The translations under genes were made by a program, and so were the position numbers. 64,000 nucleotides of DNA from positions 224,001 to 288,000 of the forward strand of contig JANVYQ010000001.1 in assembly GCA_030059675.1 (NCBI GenBank), given 5' to 3'. Under the pieces are notes generated by a model. It searched no databases and was not told the DNA's origin. It worked only from the letters and a program-made list of their open reading frames with translations. Numbering within the stretch: the stretch's first letter is position 1; the number at the start of each line of letters is the position of its first letter. The stretch comes from Candidatus Pelearchaeum maunauluense. Its GTDB lineage: Archaea > Thermoproteota > Nitrososphaeria_A > Caldarchaeales > Caldarchaeaceae. Below are positions 10,810 to 20,660 of this stretch, piece after piece.

Positions 10810-10940
10810 AACGCCATCAACAGCCCAGACAGTTAATAAGCATTACTTACATGATGCTTCTTGCTCTGAGCCTTTCTGCTGGTTTCATTTGAGTTATATA
10901 TGGCTTTGGCGCGCAGCTATTAAGCGGGGCTGCTGCGGGT

Positions 10941-11903
10941 TTGGCTGCCAAACTAATGGCACGCGGAATCTACTCAACCGCCCTAGTCAACCTAGCTTTA
11001 AAAGACGGGAAGTTTGAGCTCGTCCAACCCACAGAGTCTCAGAAAAGACGCTTCAACATCCAGGCAGTCGAAGACGAGCCAGACATAACAATCAACGACG
11101 CAAACGATAGGCACGCCGTCAAGATAGCAGGCCGTGAGGATGAGGTTAGAGAGTTCATAAGTCTTCTAAGAGCTTATGACGATAGCTCGGCAATATGGTG
11201 GAAGACCACAGGCAGCACAGCGTTATGCGTGGTTTCGTTCTCTCTAGATTCTAAGGTGAAGCTTGACAAGCTAAGGAGTGAGGTTACATATACTGTTCCC
11301 TGGCACCATTACTGTAGGTCTGGTAGTGAGGGGCTGTCTCTTATGGTTTCTATGGCTGAGAGGTTGGTTGAGGAGGGGCTGGCTGGACCAGAGCAGGTAA
11401 ATCAAGTTTTCCAGGAGGAAATTAACCGCCTCACGCCCCGCGTAGGCACGCGCATACACATAACACACACCAAACTAAATGGCAGGCTAATATCCCTCTC
11501 CCCAGGCAAGGTGATATGGCGACGCAGCGGCGACCTAAAGATAACCCGCACAATAATGAGCAGTGGACTATACGATGGCCTCAGAGTACCTAGAACGCTG
11601 GGAGACACAGCCGTCATGTACATCAAGAGAGGCCAGCCATACACGACAACAAAATACTACAGCCAAGACGGAACGCTCAAAGGAGAATACTACAACATAT
11701 GCACACCCGTTGAAGTATTTGATAGCTACATACGTTATATAGACCTTGGGGTTGATGTTGTACGCCGCCCAAATAGCGAGCCTGAGATTATAGATGCGGA
11801 GGAGCTGGAGGAGGCGTTGGCTAGGGGCGTAATCTCTGAGAGGATTTACCGCGAGGCCATGGATATTGCCAAGAAGCTCTATGATTCGCTCTGCGGCTCA
11901 TAG
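10941..11903 (+). CDS. FAU-1-like RNA-binding protein/ribonuclease with C-terminal DUF402 domain (compact form)
   Basis: N-terminal RGIYSTAL; C-terminal YYNICTPVE..YIDLGVDVV..IIDAEEL DUF402 motif. Confidence 0.75.
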   Translation: MAAKLMARGIYSTALVNLALKDGKFELVQPTESQKRRFNIQAVEDEPDITINDANDRHAVKIAGREDEVREFISLLRAYDDSSAIWWKTTGSTALCVVSFSLDSKVKLDKLRSEVTYTVPWHHYCRSGSEGLSLMVSMAERLVEEGLAGPEQVNQVFQEEINRLTPRVGTRIHITHTKLNGRLISLSPGKVIWRRSGDLKITRTIMSSGLYDGLRVPRTLGDTAVMYIKRGQPYTTTKYYSQDGTLKGEYYNICTPVEVFDSYIRYIDLGVDVVRRPNSEPEIIDAEELEEALARGVISERIYREAMDIAKKLYDSLCGS

Positions 11904-12522
11904 CGTGTTGGTGGTGTTTTTGGCTGGTGTCTTAATAGCTGTTGAGGGAATTGATGGGGCAGGCAAAACCACGCAAGCAAAGCGTCTAGTTCGTCTTCTT
12001 AATAGGATGGGAGTTAGGGCGGTCTATACGCGCGAGCCTACAGGCGGCAGCATAGGCAAGCTAGTGAGACGCCATCTATCTGGTAGGAAAACATACTCAG
12101 AAGAGACCGTAACGCTGCTCTTTGCAGCAGATAGGCTAGACCACATACAGCGCTTCATAGAGCCACAGCTAAAACGTGGAATAACAATAGTGGCAGACCG
12201 CTACGTTCATTCATCAATAGCATATCAAGCAGCAGCCACAGGTATGCGCGAGTGGGTGATTTCCGTAAATAGCCTCGCGCGGCGGCCTGACATTTCTATA
12301 TTTGTTGACGTGAATCCTAGGGAGGCGCTGGAGAGATTGAGTAGTAGAAGGAAGTATGTTTATGAGCGTTTGGAGTTTCTGGAAAGGGTGAGGAGCGAAT
12401 ATATTCGTCTCGTAGAGAGTGGTGAGATGATAGTGGTTGATGGTTCGGGAACACGCGGAGAGGTGGCTCAACGTATATCAACGGTTGTTGAGCCTCTTCT
12501 AAGAGAGCGGGGCTTGATATGA
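11866..12522 (+). CDS. tmk: Thymidylate kinase (true start probably ~11919)
   Basis: EGIDGAGKTT, TREPT, LLFAADR, DRYVHSSIAYQ. Confidence 0.95.
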   Translation: MPRSSMIRSAAHSVLVVFLAGVLIAVEGIDGAGKTTQAKRLVRLLNRMGVRAVYTREPTGGSIGKLVRRHLSGRKTYSEETVTLLFAADRLDHIQRFIEPQLKRGITIVADRYVHSSIAYQAAATGMREWVISVNSLARRPDISIFVDVNPREALERLSSRRKYVYERLEFLERVRSEYIRLVESGEMIVVDGSGTRGEVAQRISTVVEPLLRERGLI

Positions 12523-13712
12523 AGGTCAAGCTCATCAAAGACCCCATACACGGCTACATAGAGCTTAATGAGCATGAGGTAAGGATTATAGACACAGCCG
12601 CGTTTCAGCGTCTTAGGAGGATAATACAGCTACCCCTGGCGTATCTAGTCTATCCTGGGGCTAGACACTCAAGATTTGACCACTCGCTAGGTAGTTTTCA
12701 CCTAGCCAAAGAGTTTGCCACACATCTGGGGCTCGAAGAGTATAGACGCCGCGTCCTAACAGTTGCGGCTCTCTTACACGACATAGGCCACACACCGTAC
12801 TCACATCTCTTGGAGGCAATTCTGTTAGAGAATAGCATGACCCACGAGGATATGAGCATACGGTTAATTAAAGAAGAGACAGAGTTGGCCTCCGCTATTG
12901 AGAGCTACGACATAAGAATACGTGATGTTGTTGATGTTTTGGAGAAACGGCTCCCAGAGAGCGCTGTAATAATAGGCCCCATGGATGTGGATAAGATGGA
13001 TTTTCTGGTTCGCGATTCTTACTTTACTGGAGCCATGTACGGGATGATTGATACTCGCAGGATTATTCGCCTGAGCGCTTTTGTTGAGGGTAGGCTTGCG
13101 GTCAATATAAGGGGGCTTGGGGCTATTGAGGAGATGGCCATAGCGCGTCTTCAGTCATTTCTCAACATCTATTTCCACCACGCAACACGCGGAGCGCAGC
13201 AGCTACTACTTAACGCAGCACGCCAACTATCTGAAGAGCTAGACTTCCCAAGAATGACGGTAGAGGAGTATCTGGAACACGACGATATATCGGTGTGGTC
13301 TCTTCTCAAAAGAAACGAAAAGACACGCGGAGTTATAAAACGGCTTGAGCGCCGTATCTTACCCAAACGGGTTTATGAGACCCGCCTCATAGGTGGTAAA
13401 ACTCCCGCCAGGCTATTGAGCGATAAGGAGCTTCAACATAGCATCGCTACTTCCATAGCGTCGCGCGCTGGCCTACGACGCGAGCTTGTATGGATAGACA
13501 CTCCCTACGTCCCGCCTCTGCCGATGGAGGAACCTTCAGCAGTCATCTTCTTCTCTGAAGATGATGGAGAACGCCGTATAGTTAATGTATCATCACCATT
13601 CCTCCAGCAGGTATCAGAGATTTACAATATAGTCCGCGTATATACGGATTCTCATGAGAGGGAGAAAGTAGCGCGAGCTGCTGCGGAGATTTTCGGCCAG
13701 CCCCAGCTCTAG
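12519..13712 (+). CDS. HD-domain phosphohydrolase (dNTP triphosphohydrolase/SAMHD1-like)
   Basis: DPIHG, FQRLRRI.QL, HSRFDHSLG, LLHDIGH.PYSH, DVDKMDFLVRD. Confidence 0.9.
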   Translation: MKVKLIKDPIHGYIELNEHEVRIIDTAAFQRLRRIIQLPLAYLVYPGARHSRFDHSLGSFHLAKEFATHLGLEEYRRRVLTVAALLHDIGHTPYSHLLEAILLENSMTHEDMSIRLIKEETELASAIESYDIRIRDVVDVLEKRLPESAVIIGPMDVDKMDFLVRDSYFTGAMYGMIDTRRIIRLSAFVEGRLAVNIRGLGAIEEMAIARLQSFLNIYFHHATRGAQQLLLNAARQLSEELDFPRMTVEEYLEHDDISVWSLLKRNEKTRGVIKRLERRILPKRVYETRLIGGKTPARLLSDKELQHSIATSIASRAGLRRELVWIDTPYVPPLPMEEPSAVIFFSEDDGERRIVNVSSPFLQQVSEIYNIVRVYTDSHEREKVARAAAEIFGQPQL

Positions 13713-14125
13713 TCATGAGACTCTCCAAACCCCTCTTCCACATCAAGCTTCTTCCCAAGATAACCATATATCGCAGCCTTGAGGGCTTTTAACGAGAGGA
13801 GAGCACACTTAACACGCGCAGGCCCCACCTCAACCCCCAGCATGTTAAAAATATCCTGCTTACCCAGCCGCGTTATCTCATCAACATGCTTATTCTGAAT
13901 ACTCTCTATAAGCATGGATGCGGAAGCCTGGCTTATAGCGCAGCCCTGGCCTCGGAAAGTAGCCTTCTCAATCCTACCATCCTCACCAATCTTCAGATAA
14001 ACCTCAATCATATCACCGCATAGTGGGTTGGAGTCCTTAACCTTCACAGTAGCGTTTTCAAGAACGCCGAAATTACGCGGATTCCGATAATGGTCCAAGA
14101 TTATCTCAAACTGAATATCAGACAA
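13709..14125 (-). CDS. SufU/IscU-type Fe-S cluster scaffold
   Basis: ILDHYRNPRNFG, NPLCGD, GCAISQASAS, RVKCALL. Confidence 0.92.
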   Translation of the reverse strand: MSDIQFEIILDHYRNPRNFGVLENATVKVKDSNPLCGDMIEVYLKIGEDGRIEKATFRGQGCAISQASASMLIESIQNKHVDEITRLGKQDIFNMLGVEVGPARVKCALLSLKALKAAIYGYLGKKLDVEEGFGESHD

Positions 14126-14216
14126 AATCTCCCCTCTACCTAGAGCGTTTCATCCTAGGATATAACCATGTCTCGGATTAAAACTAGAATTGTAAAACAA
14201 TTAATTATGTCAAGAA

Positions 14217-14876
14217 TCAGAGTTGCTGTAGTTCGGCCTTAACCTCCTCACCCTCTATTATTATTGACGCACAGTAGTTATTCCTTGCCGGGCCGGCGTT
14301 TATTACTGTTGTTTTCTCCAGCTTGGAGATTGAACGAGCCTCGTGTATGTGTCCGCATGATACTAGGATTGGCGCGGTTTTCTCCACATATTCGCGTATT
14401 GCCATGCTTCCTACGTGTCTTCCTCCTACGTGGTCTGCTTCCGCTCCATGTGGCGGTGTGTGGCTGAGGAGTATAAATCTACCGCTGGGCGGCTTTAATT
14501 CACTAAGCATAGAGCTGAACTGCTCCTCGTTAAACTCAATTATGGTACCTACAGATTTAGGCCCTCCTCCGCCTAGGCCTACGATTCCCAGCTCGCCGAG
14601 CATGGCCGATTTGAGATGCAGGTTGGTTATCTTCTCCGTCGCGGGCTGCCAGTTGAGCAGCGCCTCTGGGTCGCAGTTACCCGCCACAAAGAAGACACGC
14701 GGACAGTGCTCGGCAATCTTTGATAATATCATCTCGGCCTGAGCTATCGTTCCGAAATTCGTTACATCACCCGCCACAAAAACTACATCATAACCCTCAT
14801 CCGCCTTAGCTGCTATCTTCTCAACCGCCACCATGCTTCCATGTATGTCTGAGACTTGGAGAATTTTCACCGCCAT
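14217..14876 (-). CDS. Calcineurin-like metallophosphoesterase
   Basis: SDIHG, AGDV, GNCD, HTPP, CGHIHE motifs. Confidence 0.9.
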   Translation of the reverse strand: MAVKILQVSDIHGSMVAVEKIAAKADEGYDVVFVAGDVTNFGTIAQAEMILSKIAEHCPRVFFVAGNCDPEALLNWQPATEKITNLHLKSAMLGELGIVGLGGGGPKSVGTIIEFNEEQFSSMLSELKPPSGRFILLSHTPPHGAEADHVGGRHVGSMAIREYVEKTAPILVSCGHIHEARSISKLEKTTVINAGPARNNYCASIIIEGEEVKAELQQL

Positions 14877-14933
14877 ACGACTATCTCAAAAAAGGAGGTA
14901 AAAATAAATCTTGACCCCCTCAACAGGGCCAGC

Positions 14934-15350
14934 TCAGGTTTTTTGTTGCCCAGACTCGTAGCCGACTAGCTTTAGTATCCAGTAAAGGAGGTCTCGCTCC
15001 GTTACCATGCCGACCAGCTTCCCCTCATCAACTACGGGTAGGCGTCTAATCCTATTCTCATGCATTATGATAAATGCTCTTAGTATGGGTGTGTCTGGAG
15101 GGCATGTTATGAGCTTCTTGGACATTATTCGGGAGACCGGCTGGTCTGGGAGGTTTTCGTATAAGACAATACCACTTAGTATGTCGCGTTCCGTGATTAT
15201 TCCTACTGGCTCATCACCACTGACAACGACTACCGCTCCGATATTCTTTTTATGCATTGTGAGTAAAGCGTCGCGCACAGTTGTATCAGAGTTTACAGTA
15301 ATCACTGGAGAAGACATTATTTCGCCAATATTCTTAGGTATTTCTTTCAT
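14934..15350 (-). CDS. CBS-pair domain protein
   Basis: Two CBS repeats (IMSSPVITV..GIITERD; IRRLPVV..GMVTERD). Confidence 0.9.
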   Translation of the reverse strand: MKEIPKNIGEIMSSPVITVNSDTTVRDALLTMHKKNIGAVVVVSGDEPVGIITERDILSGIVLYENLPDQPVSRIMSKKLITCPPDTPILRAFIIMHENRIRRLPVVDEGKLVGMVTERDLLYWILKLVGYESGQQKT

Positions 15351-15417
15351 TATATCATGATTCTGGGATTATGCTGGATATATAATTATTACCCTACAAT
15401 CTTTACAAGCAGGAGTA

Positions 15418-16389
15418 TTATCTTAGCAGGCGTAGAAATACTTTAAGCCTGCTTAGTGTTTTGTCTATACGTATCTCGTCTGCTATTTTTGTGATGCGCT
15501 CAATATCCTCTCCAGCTAGTTTGAACTCTCCTGCTCCCGCGTTATCACGTGCTTGTTGGGGGTTTTTTACACCAGCTATTGCCACTACTTCAGGCTTTTT
15601 GATGAGCCAGTTAAGTGCCACTTGTGCTGGGGTTCTCTCATACTTATCAGCTATTTCTCGGAGCATCGTAATCAGAGATTGGAGCTTTGTAATGTTATTT
15701 TTGTCAAACAAGATGTTGATTTTTCTTACCGCGTCGCGCGGTAGATTGTTAGGGTCGTATTTTCCCGTGAGAAGCCCCTGAGCCAGTGGGCTGTATGCTA
15801 TTATCGTTATCTTCTCACGCTCAGCATAAGGCAGCAACTCCCGCTCAACATCACGCTCAACTATATTGTATTTAACTTGGTTTGAAACTACCTGCTCGCT
15901 CTTCAGAGCCTCCTGCGCTTTTATCAACTGTTTTAGCGAGAAATTACTAACACCTATGTAGCTTATCTTCCCCTCCCTGACCAGCCTCTCCATAGCACGC
16001 ATAGTCTGGCCTATCGGCACTATTGGGTTAGGCCAGTGAACCTGGTATAGGTCTATCATCTTTATTCTAAGTCTCTTGAGACTCCTTTCACATGCTTTGA
16101 TTACGCCATTATAGGTTGCGTGTGTTGGCCAGACTTTTGTAGCTATAACTACTTGTTCGCGTATATTTCGGATTGCTTTCCCCACTACTTGTTCTGATAT
16201 TCCCTTCCCATAGATTTCTGCCGTGTCTATGAAATTTACACCATGCGCTACTGCTTCTTTAATCGCCGTTATAGCTTCCTCCTCTCCGTAGCCTCGTCCC
16301 CATCCCCACCACTTATCGCCGAACTGCCATGTTCCTACACCAATCTGGGAGATGCGTAATCCTGTGGTGCCGAGCTGTGAGTATAGCAT
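15418..16389 (-). CDS. Aldo/keto reductase
   Basis: FIDTAEIYG, ATKV, DLYQVHWP, IGVSNF, AYSPLAQGLLTGKY. Confidence 0.93.
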   Translation of the reverse strand: MLYSQLGTTGLRISQIGVGTWQFGDKWWGWGRGYGEEEAITAIKEAVAHGVNFIDTAEIYGKGISEQVVGKAIRNIREQVVIATKVWPTHATYNGVIKACERSLKRLRIKMIDLYQVHWPNPIVPIGQTMRAMERLVREGKISYIGVSNFSLKQLIKAQEALKSEQVVSNQVKYNIVERDVERELLPYAEREKITIIAYSPLAQGLLTGKYDPNNLPRDAVRKINILFDKNNITKLQSLITMLREIADKYERTPAQVALNWLIKKPEVVAIAGVKNPQQARDNAGAGEFKLAGEDIERITKIADEIRIDKTLSRLKVFLRLLR

Positions 16390-16464
16390 AGCTTGTTCTT
16401 CAGCATAGTAGACGCATATTAATTCTATGCGGTTTGAGTTTCAGAAAAATAATATAGGGGTTTA

Positions 16465-16848
16465 TTATGCTTTCCATGTTATTGCCAATATTCCTCCTAT
16501 GATTCCGAGTATTGCTCCGATTATGAATCCTCCGCCTGCGGTGATTAGGCTTAGTGCTGAGAGGACTAGTATTAGGGTGCCCCAGGTCTGGGCTTGGTCT
16601 GGCTTACTATTGAGCATCACCGCTCCCACTAGTATGAGTATTCCGAAGACCAGTCCAAGTATCGGGAGGAATATGGGGAACCACATCCATCCTCCACCTA
16701 TCATACCCATCATGCCGCCGCCCATCATACCTATAGGCTGTCCAAACATGCCCCACATAGCGAAGGTGAATGAACTGCCTATGAGTATGAGGAGTCCTCC
16801 CGTTAGGGAGAGAGCAAATGCTGCCGTTGGTTTATTCTCACTACTCAA
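16465..16848 (-). CDS. Small 4-TM membrane protein with a Met/Gly-rich loop
   Basis: Hydrophobic helices; loop GMMGGGMMGMIGGG; C-terminal GGGFIIGAILGIIGG. Confidence 0.7.
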   Translation of the reverse strand: MSSENKPTAAFALSLTGGLLILIGSSFTFAMWGMFGQPIGMMGGGMMGMIGGGWMWFPIFLPILGLVFGILILVGAVMLNSKPDQAQTWGTLILVLSALSLITAGGGFIIGAILGIIGGILAITWKA

Positions 16849-16886
16849 TCACGATCGCCTCACTAAAATAATGAAAGTGTTGTTAA

Positions 16887-17633
16887 TTAATACTCTTCTT
16901 CTGGCTCAACTTCTTGTATGAATTGACCATGCCATGTGTGCGGCCATACAGCGCCGTTATAGCCGTTGACGCTTAACATCCCATACATCTCGCCATCTAG
17001 CATGTAGTCTATCGTGTAGTAGCCGTAGAACATTATCGGCTCCTCCACCTCAACTTCCTGGCCGAGGCGCTGCTCTAAGTAGGTGAGAGCTATCTGGACG
17101 GCTTCCTCTGGAGAAACACTCATCTCACCAGACGGAGCGGATGACGGCCACATACTTTGGTGATGACCATACTTAGTATTCCACATCATGTTAGGGCCTG
17201 GTTCTGGTGTTATGTATCCCGTGTATGGGTTTACTAGAACCTCAAACGCTCCTATGCCAGTGTCGCGCTCGTAGATTACTGCATAGAAGTTGTTGGTGAA
17301 CTCCATTACTTCCAAGATTCCATAGTTATCGCCAAGCTCATCTATGTAGGCTTCAAGCCTTTGTATTACCTCGTCTATTGTGAGGCGTTGTCTTGTCTGT
17401 GTCTCGGAGCTCCACATGCCCCAGCCTCCCATCATTCCGCCCATGCCAGCCCCCGCATAGGGGCAGGCGCCGCCCATGCCGCCCATCCACCAGCTACGCT
17501 GGTCAGGGGAGACGCTTGAAGACCATCCATAAACACCCCAAGGTGAGGAAGCCCAAGCATAAGCAGCTAAAACACCCACTAGAACCGCAGCCAAGGCCGC
17601 TGCAAAGACAACAACAATAATCTTACCATCCAA
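16887..17633 (-). CDS. Secreted or membrane-anchored Met/Gly/His-rich protein with PepSY-like repeats (putative metal-binding)
   Basis: N-terminal signal/TM; MGGMGGACP..GMGGMMGG; EPGPNMMWNTKYGHH; SVNGYNGAVWPHTWHG. Confidence 0.65.
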   Translation of the reverse strand: MDGKIIVVVFAAALAAVLVGVLAAYAWASSPWGVYGWSSSVSPDQRSWWMGGMGGACPYAGAGMGGMMGGWGMWSSETQTRQRLTIDEVIQRLEAYIDELGDNYGILEVMEFTNNFYAVIYERDTGIGAFEVLVNPYTGYITPEPGPNMMWNTKYGHHQSMWPSSAPSGEMSVSPEEAVQIALTYLEQRLGQEVEVEEPIMFYGYYTIDYMLDGEMYGMLSVNGYNGAVWPHTWHGQFIQEVEPEEEY

Positions 17634-17685
17634 CGACCTATCACCTCGTAGATATATGATAATTAGGCAACTCTTAGAATTATTG

Positions 17686-17724
17686 TGAAACAGCTTTGAA
17701 ACGACCTGATGAAACTGGTTTCAT
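17686..17724. promoter_or_regulatory. Putative operator: three TGAAAC direct repeats plus the palindrome ATGAAAC-TG-GTTTCAT
   Basis: TGAAAC at 17686, 17697 and 17710; palindrome 17709-17724; located in a divergent intergenic region. Confidence 0.6.
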
Positions 17725-17813
17725 GCATCACCTATGAGTAGGTGCGTTTATATGAGTAAGTTTTAGGAAGCATTTATTACGGTGATACTTGAGAAATCTA
17801 TTGGAGCAGGGCT

Positions 17814-18263
17814 TTGGATTCTGGGCGGCTGCTAGGCTGGATTCTAGTAATCCTCTCAGCATTCCTGGCCGTGCTTACCGTAGCGGCTTGGAATCTAGCC
17901 TGGCAGCACAGAGACATGATGATGAGGATGATGCCAGGCGTACCTGTGCAGTGGTGGATAGGCCCCACAATCGTTCTTACAATAACCATAATGACCACAA
18001 CATTAGCGCTCTATCTAACAGTATTCAGAGAACGGCAACCACGCCATTATGCCATAGGCCTTACCGCCGAGGAGCAGCAGATAGTTAATTTCCTAGAGCA
18101 ACAGGGCGGTAAAGCTCTACAGAAGGAAATCGCGCGGGAGCTTAATCTCTCTAGGCTTAAAACCCATAGGCTAGTATCCTCTCTTAGAAGGCGTGGAGTG
18201 GTTGAGGTTGAGAGGTGGGGTAATACAAACCTGGTTAAGCTGGTCTCTAGGACGGAGCAATAG
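17814..18263 (+). CDS. Membrane-tethered winged-HTH transcription regulator (2 TM + MarR-like HTH)
   Basis: Two TM helices flank HRDMMMRMMPG; C-terminal LTAEEQQIV..QKEIARELNLSRLKTHRLVSSL..GVVEVERWG. Confidence 0.8.
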   Translation: MDSGRLLGWILVILSAFLAVLTVAAWNLAWQHRDMMMRMMPGVPVQWWIGPTIVLTITIMTTTLALYLTVFRERQPRHYAIGLTAEEQQIVNFLEQQGGKALQKEIARELNLSRLKTHRLVSSLRRRGVVEVERWGNTNLVKLVSRTEQ

Positions 18264-19296
18264 CTAAAGAACGGAGAGACTCAGGCTTTTCAGACGGCTT
18301 ATCATAACTAGGCGGCCATCGTGGTGGGTTTTTCCTATCCAGCTCAGCAAGCCTAGCCTCTATAGCCTCGCGCGACCGCTCAAGCCACGGTGGTAGAATA
18401 AGCCGCGAACCCAGTTCCTCAAGAGACTCATCACGCGTATATCCAGGCCCACGTGTGGCAACCTCCAGCAAGTTTCCATCAGGGTCGCGGAAATATAATG
18501 ACTTGAACCAGAAGCGGTCTATTATTCCCGAATTAGGTATGCGCGCCATGTTAAGCCTGCGCATTATCATACGCTGTTCCTCCTCACCATCAACGCAGAA
18601 CGCTATATGGTGTATGTTTCCCACCCCTACCCAGCCATCGGTAGCCGAGCTGGAAACCAGATATATTAGATAATCTTCTTCATCACCTAAGCCTAAGAGA
18701 AGACTCTCACTATCGTCGGGATTTTGCATCTTGTATAGAGGTTTAACATTTAGAAACTTCTCAAAGAAACGCGCGGTAAGCTCGTGGTCGGAGCTTATAG
18801 GCGTTGCATGGTTAAGAAACGACAGCCTCATATCACTATTTACGCCATCAACCTCCATCTGTGTAGAAATCAGCTCATCAAGATAATCCTCTGCAACACC
18901 TTCTTTCTCTGCTGTTATCTCAATTAAAGCTCCATCCGGGTCGCGGAAATATATTGAGACCCTATCGCCGCGTGCATATGGACCTATTACGTGGATACCG
19001 TTCTTCCTGAGCCAAGACACCCATAGTGGTATGGCCTCAGGCCTCTTTACCGAGTATGCGAGGTGGTGGGGAGAGCCTAAGCCCACTAAGCCTCGTGGAA
19101 GATGCGGCCACTCAAAGAACGTAATAACACTACCAGTAGAGCCTCGCTCATCACCATAAAAGAGATGCCTATGAAAAACATCGTCCTGATTAACTGTGAG
19201 CTTAACAAGTCTAAGCCCAAGAACCTCTGAGTAGAACTTGCGATTAACAACACTATTGCTAGTAACCAGTGTTATATGATGAAGCCCTCTCAGCAT
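18247..19296 (-). CDS. VOC/glyoxalase-family ring-cleaving dioxygenase (MhqO/MhqA-like)
   Basis: GLHHITL, LVKLTVNQDD..HLFYGD, TFFEWP, HHIAF, DRFWFKSLYFRDPDG.LLEVAT.GPG. Confidence 0.88.
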   Translation of the reverse strand: MLRGLHHITLVTSNSVVNRKFYSEVLGLRLVKLTVNQDDVFHRHLFYGDERGSTGSVITFFEWPHLPRGLVGLGSPHHLAYSVKRPEAIPLWVSWLRKNGIHVIGPYARGDRVSIYFRDPDGALIEITAEKEGVAEDYLDELISTQMEVDGVNSDMRLSFLNHATPISSDHELTARFFEKFLNVKPLYKMQNPDDSESLLLGLGDEEDYLIYLVSSSATDGWVGVGNIHHIAFCVDGEEEQRMIMRRLNMARIPNSGIIDRFWFKSLYFRDPDGNLLEVATRGPGYTRDESLEELGSRLILPPWLERSREAIEARLAELDRKNPPRWPPSYDKPSEKPESLRSLAIAPS

Positions 19297-19450
19297 AGCT
19301 GGTTATCACGATACTGTCAATTGACTAAAATAGATAGGTCATTTACGCACTCGTTTGTTCCTTCATCTTAAATCTTCATTTATAGATGGTTGGTTGCTTA
19401 AGATTCATTACAGGAGGCTTAATATGCCGTAATTTCACCATAACTGTTGT

Positions 19451-20353
19451 ATGGTTGTTGTTGGGTTTATCGGTCTAGGTCTGATGGGTAAGCCGATGGC
19501 GAAGCGCATATTATCCGCAGGCTATAGGATGGTCGTCCATAGCAGAAGCAGCCCACCCGTTGAGGAACTGGCAAACCTAGGCGCGGAGAAAGCCTCATCA
19601 CCAAAGGAAGTGGCAGAGAAGGCCGAGATAATAATTATGATGCTCCCAGACTCCCCTGATGTCAGGAAAGTCGTGTTAGGCGAGAACGGTATAGCTGAGG
19701 GAGCGAGCCCTGGAAGCATAGTAATTGATATGTCCACCGTCTCGCCCATCGTTGAGGTGGAGATAGCGGAAGAGCTGCGGAAGAAGGGGGTGGAATACCT
19801 TGACGCTCCAGTAACAGGGAGCACCATGGGAGCCGAGTCAGGAACTCTCACAATAATGGTCGGAGGCAGTAAAGAAGCGTTTGAACGCGCTCTACCAGTA
19901 CTAAAGACCATGGGGAAGAACATAGTCCATATGGGAGGGAACGGCATGGGCCAGATGACGAAAATGTGCAATCAGGTAGCCGTGTCGCTTAACCTTCTGG
20001 GAACCTGCGAAGCCATACTTCTAGCTTCCAAAGCAGGACTAGACCCCAAGAAAGTTATTGAGGTCATAGGCTCAGGTGCTGCTGGCTCATGGCAGCTCAA
20101 CAATCTTGGCCCACGCATGGTAGACCGCGACTTCAGGCCAGGTTTCAAGGTAGAGCATCTAGTAAAGGACCTCCGCATAGTGAGAGAGGTAACATCGCGG
20201 CTTAACCTGCCCCTTCTAGGCGTTAACATGGTGGCAGAGCTCGTGAAGGCATTAGAGCAGCACGGCTACGGCTCTGAGGGGACACAAGCACTCATAACAG
20301 TCTTAGAAAAACTAGCAACACACCAAGTAGGCTCAAGTAGCCGTACAAAATAA
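19451..20353 (+). CDS. 3-hydroxyisobutyrate dehydrogenase family / 2-hydroxy-3-oxopropionate reductase (GlxR/GarR-like)
   Basis: GFIGLGLMGKPMA, DMSTVSP, LDAPVTG, LTIMVGG, KMCNQ, F.PGF..KDL. Confidence 0.88.
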   Translation: MVVVGFIGLGLMGKPMAKRILSAGYRMVVHSRSSPPVEELANLGAEKASSPKEVAEKAEIIIMMLPDSPDVRKVVLGENGIAEGASPGSIVIDMSTVSPIVEVEIAEELRKKGVEYLDAPVTGSTMGAESGTLTIMVGGSKEAFERALPVLKTMGKNIVHMGGNGMGQMTKMCNQVAVSLNLLGTCEAILLASKAGLDPKKVIEVIGSGAAGSWQLNNLGPRMVDRDFRPGFKVEHLVKDLRIVREVTSRLNLPLLGVNMVAELVKALEQHGYGSEGTQALITVLEKLATHQVGSSSRTK

Positions 20354-20532
20354 AAATCTCGTCAAGAAGATACTCAACTGAGTAATTTCTACATCACTAT
20401 AAGTGAGGGTATATGAAAAGGGAATGTCAAAACGCTTAAACATCACGTAGGTGTCTTAGCATGTTGAAACGCGGTAGGCGAGGTTCTACTTCCAAAAATT
20501 TTTATAGGATTTAAAAATGAGGCTACCCCGCT

Positions 20533-20660
20533 ATGCAAGCGCAGTACTCTAAAGTTGATGACAAGGTCATCAACGAGCTTGCTGGTGTCGTTGGTGAGAC
20601 AAACGTAAGGACAGAGCTGCATCAACGCGCTATCAGGGCGGCGATTCCCGTTCCGTTCCC
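20533..20660 (+). pseudogene. N-terminal stub of a probable FAD-linked oxidase (GlcD-like)
   Basis: YSKVDDKVINELAGVVGETNVRT resembles GlcD N-termini; it ends abruptly at the permease fragment. Confidence 0.45.
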
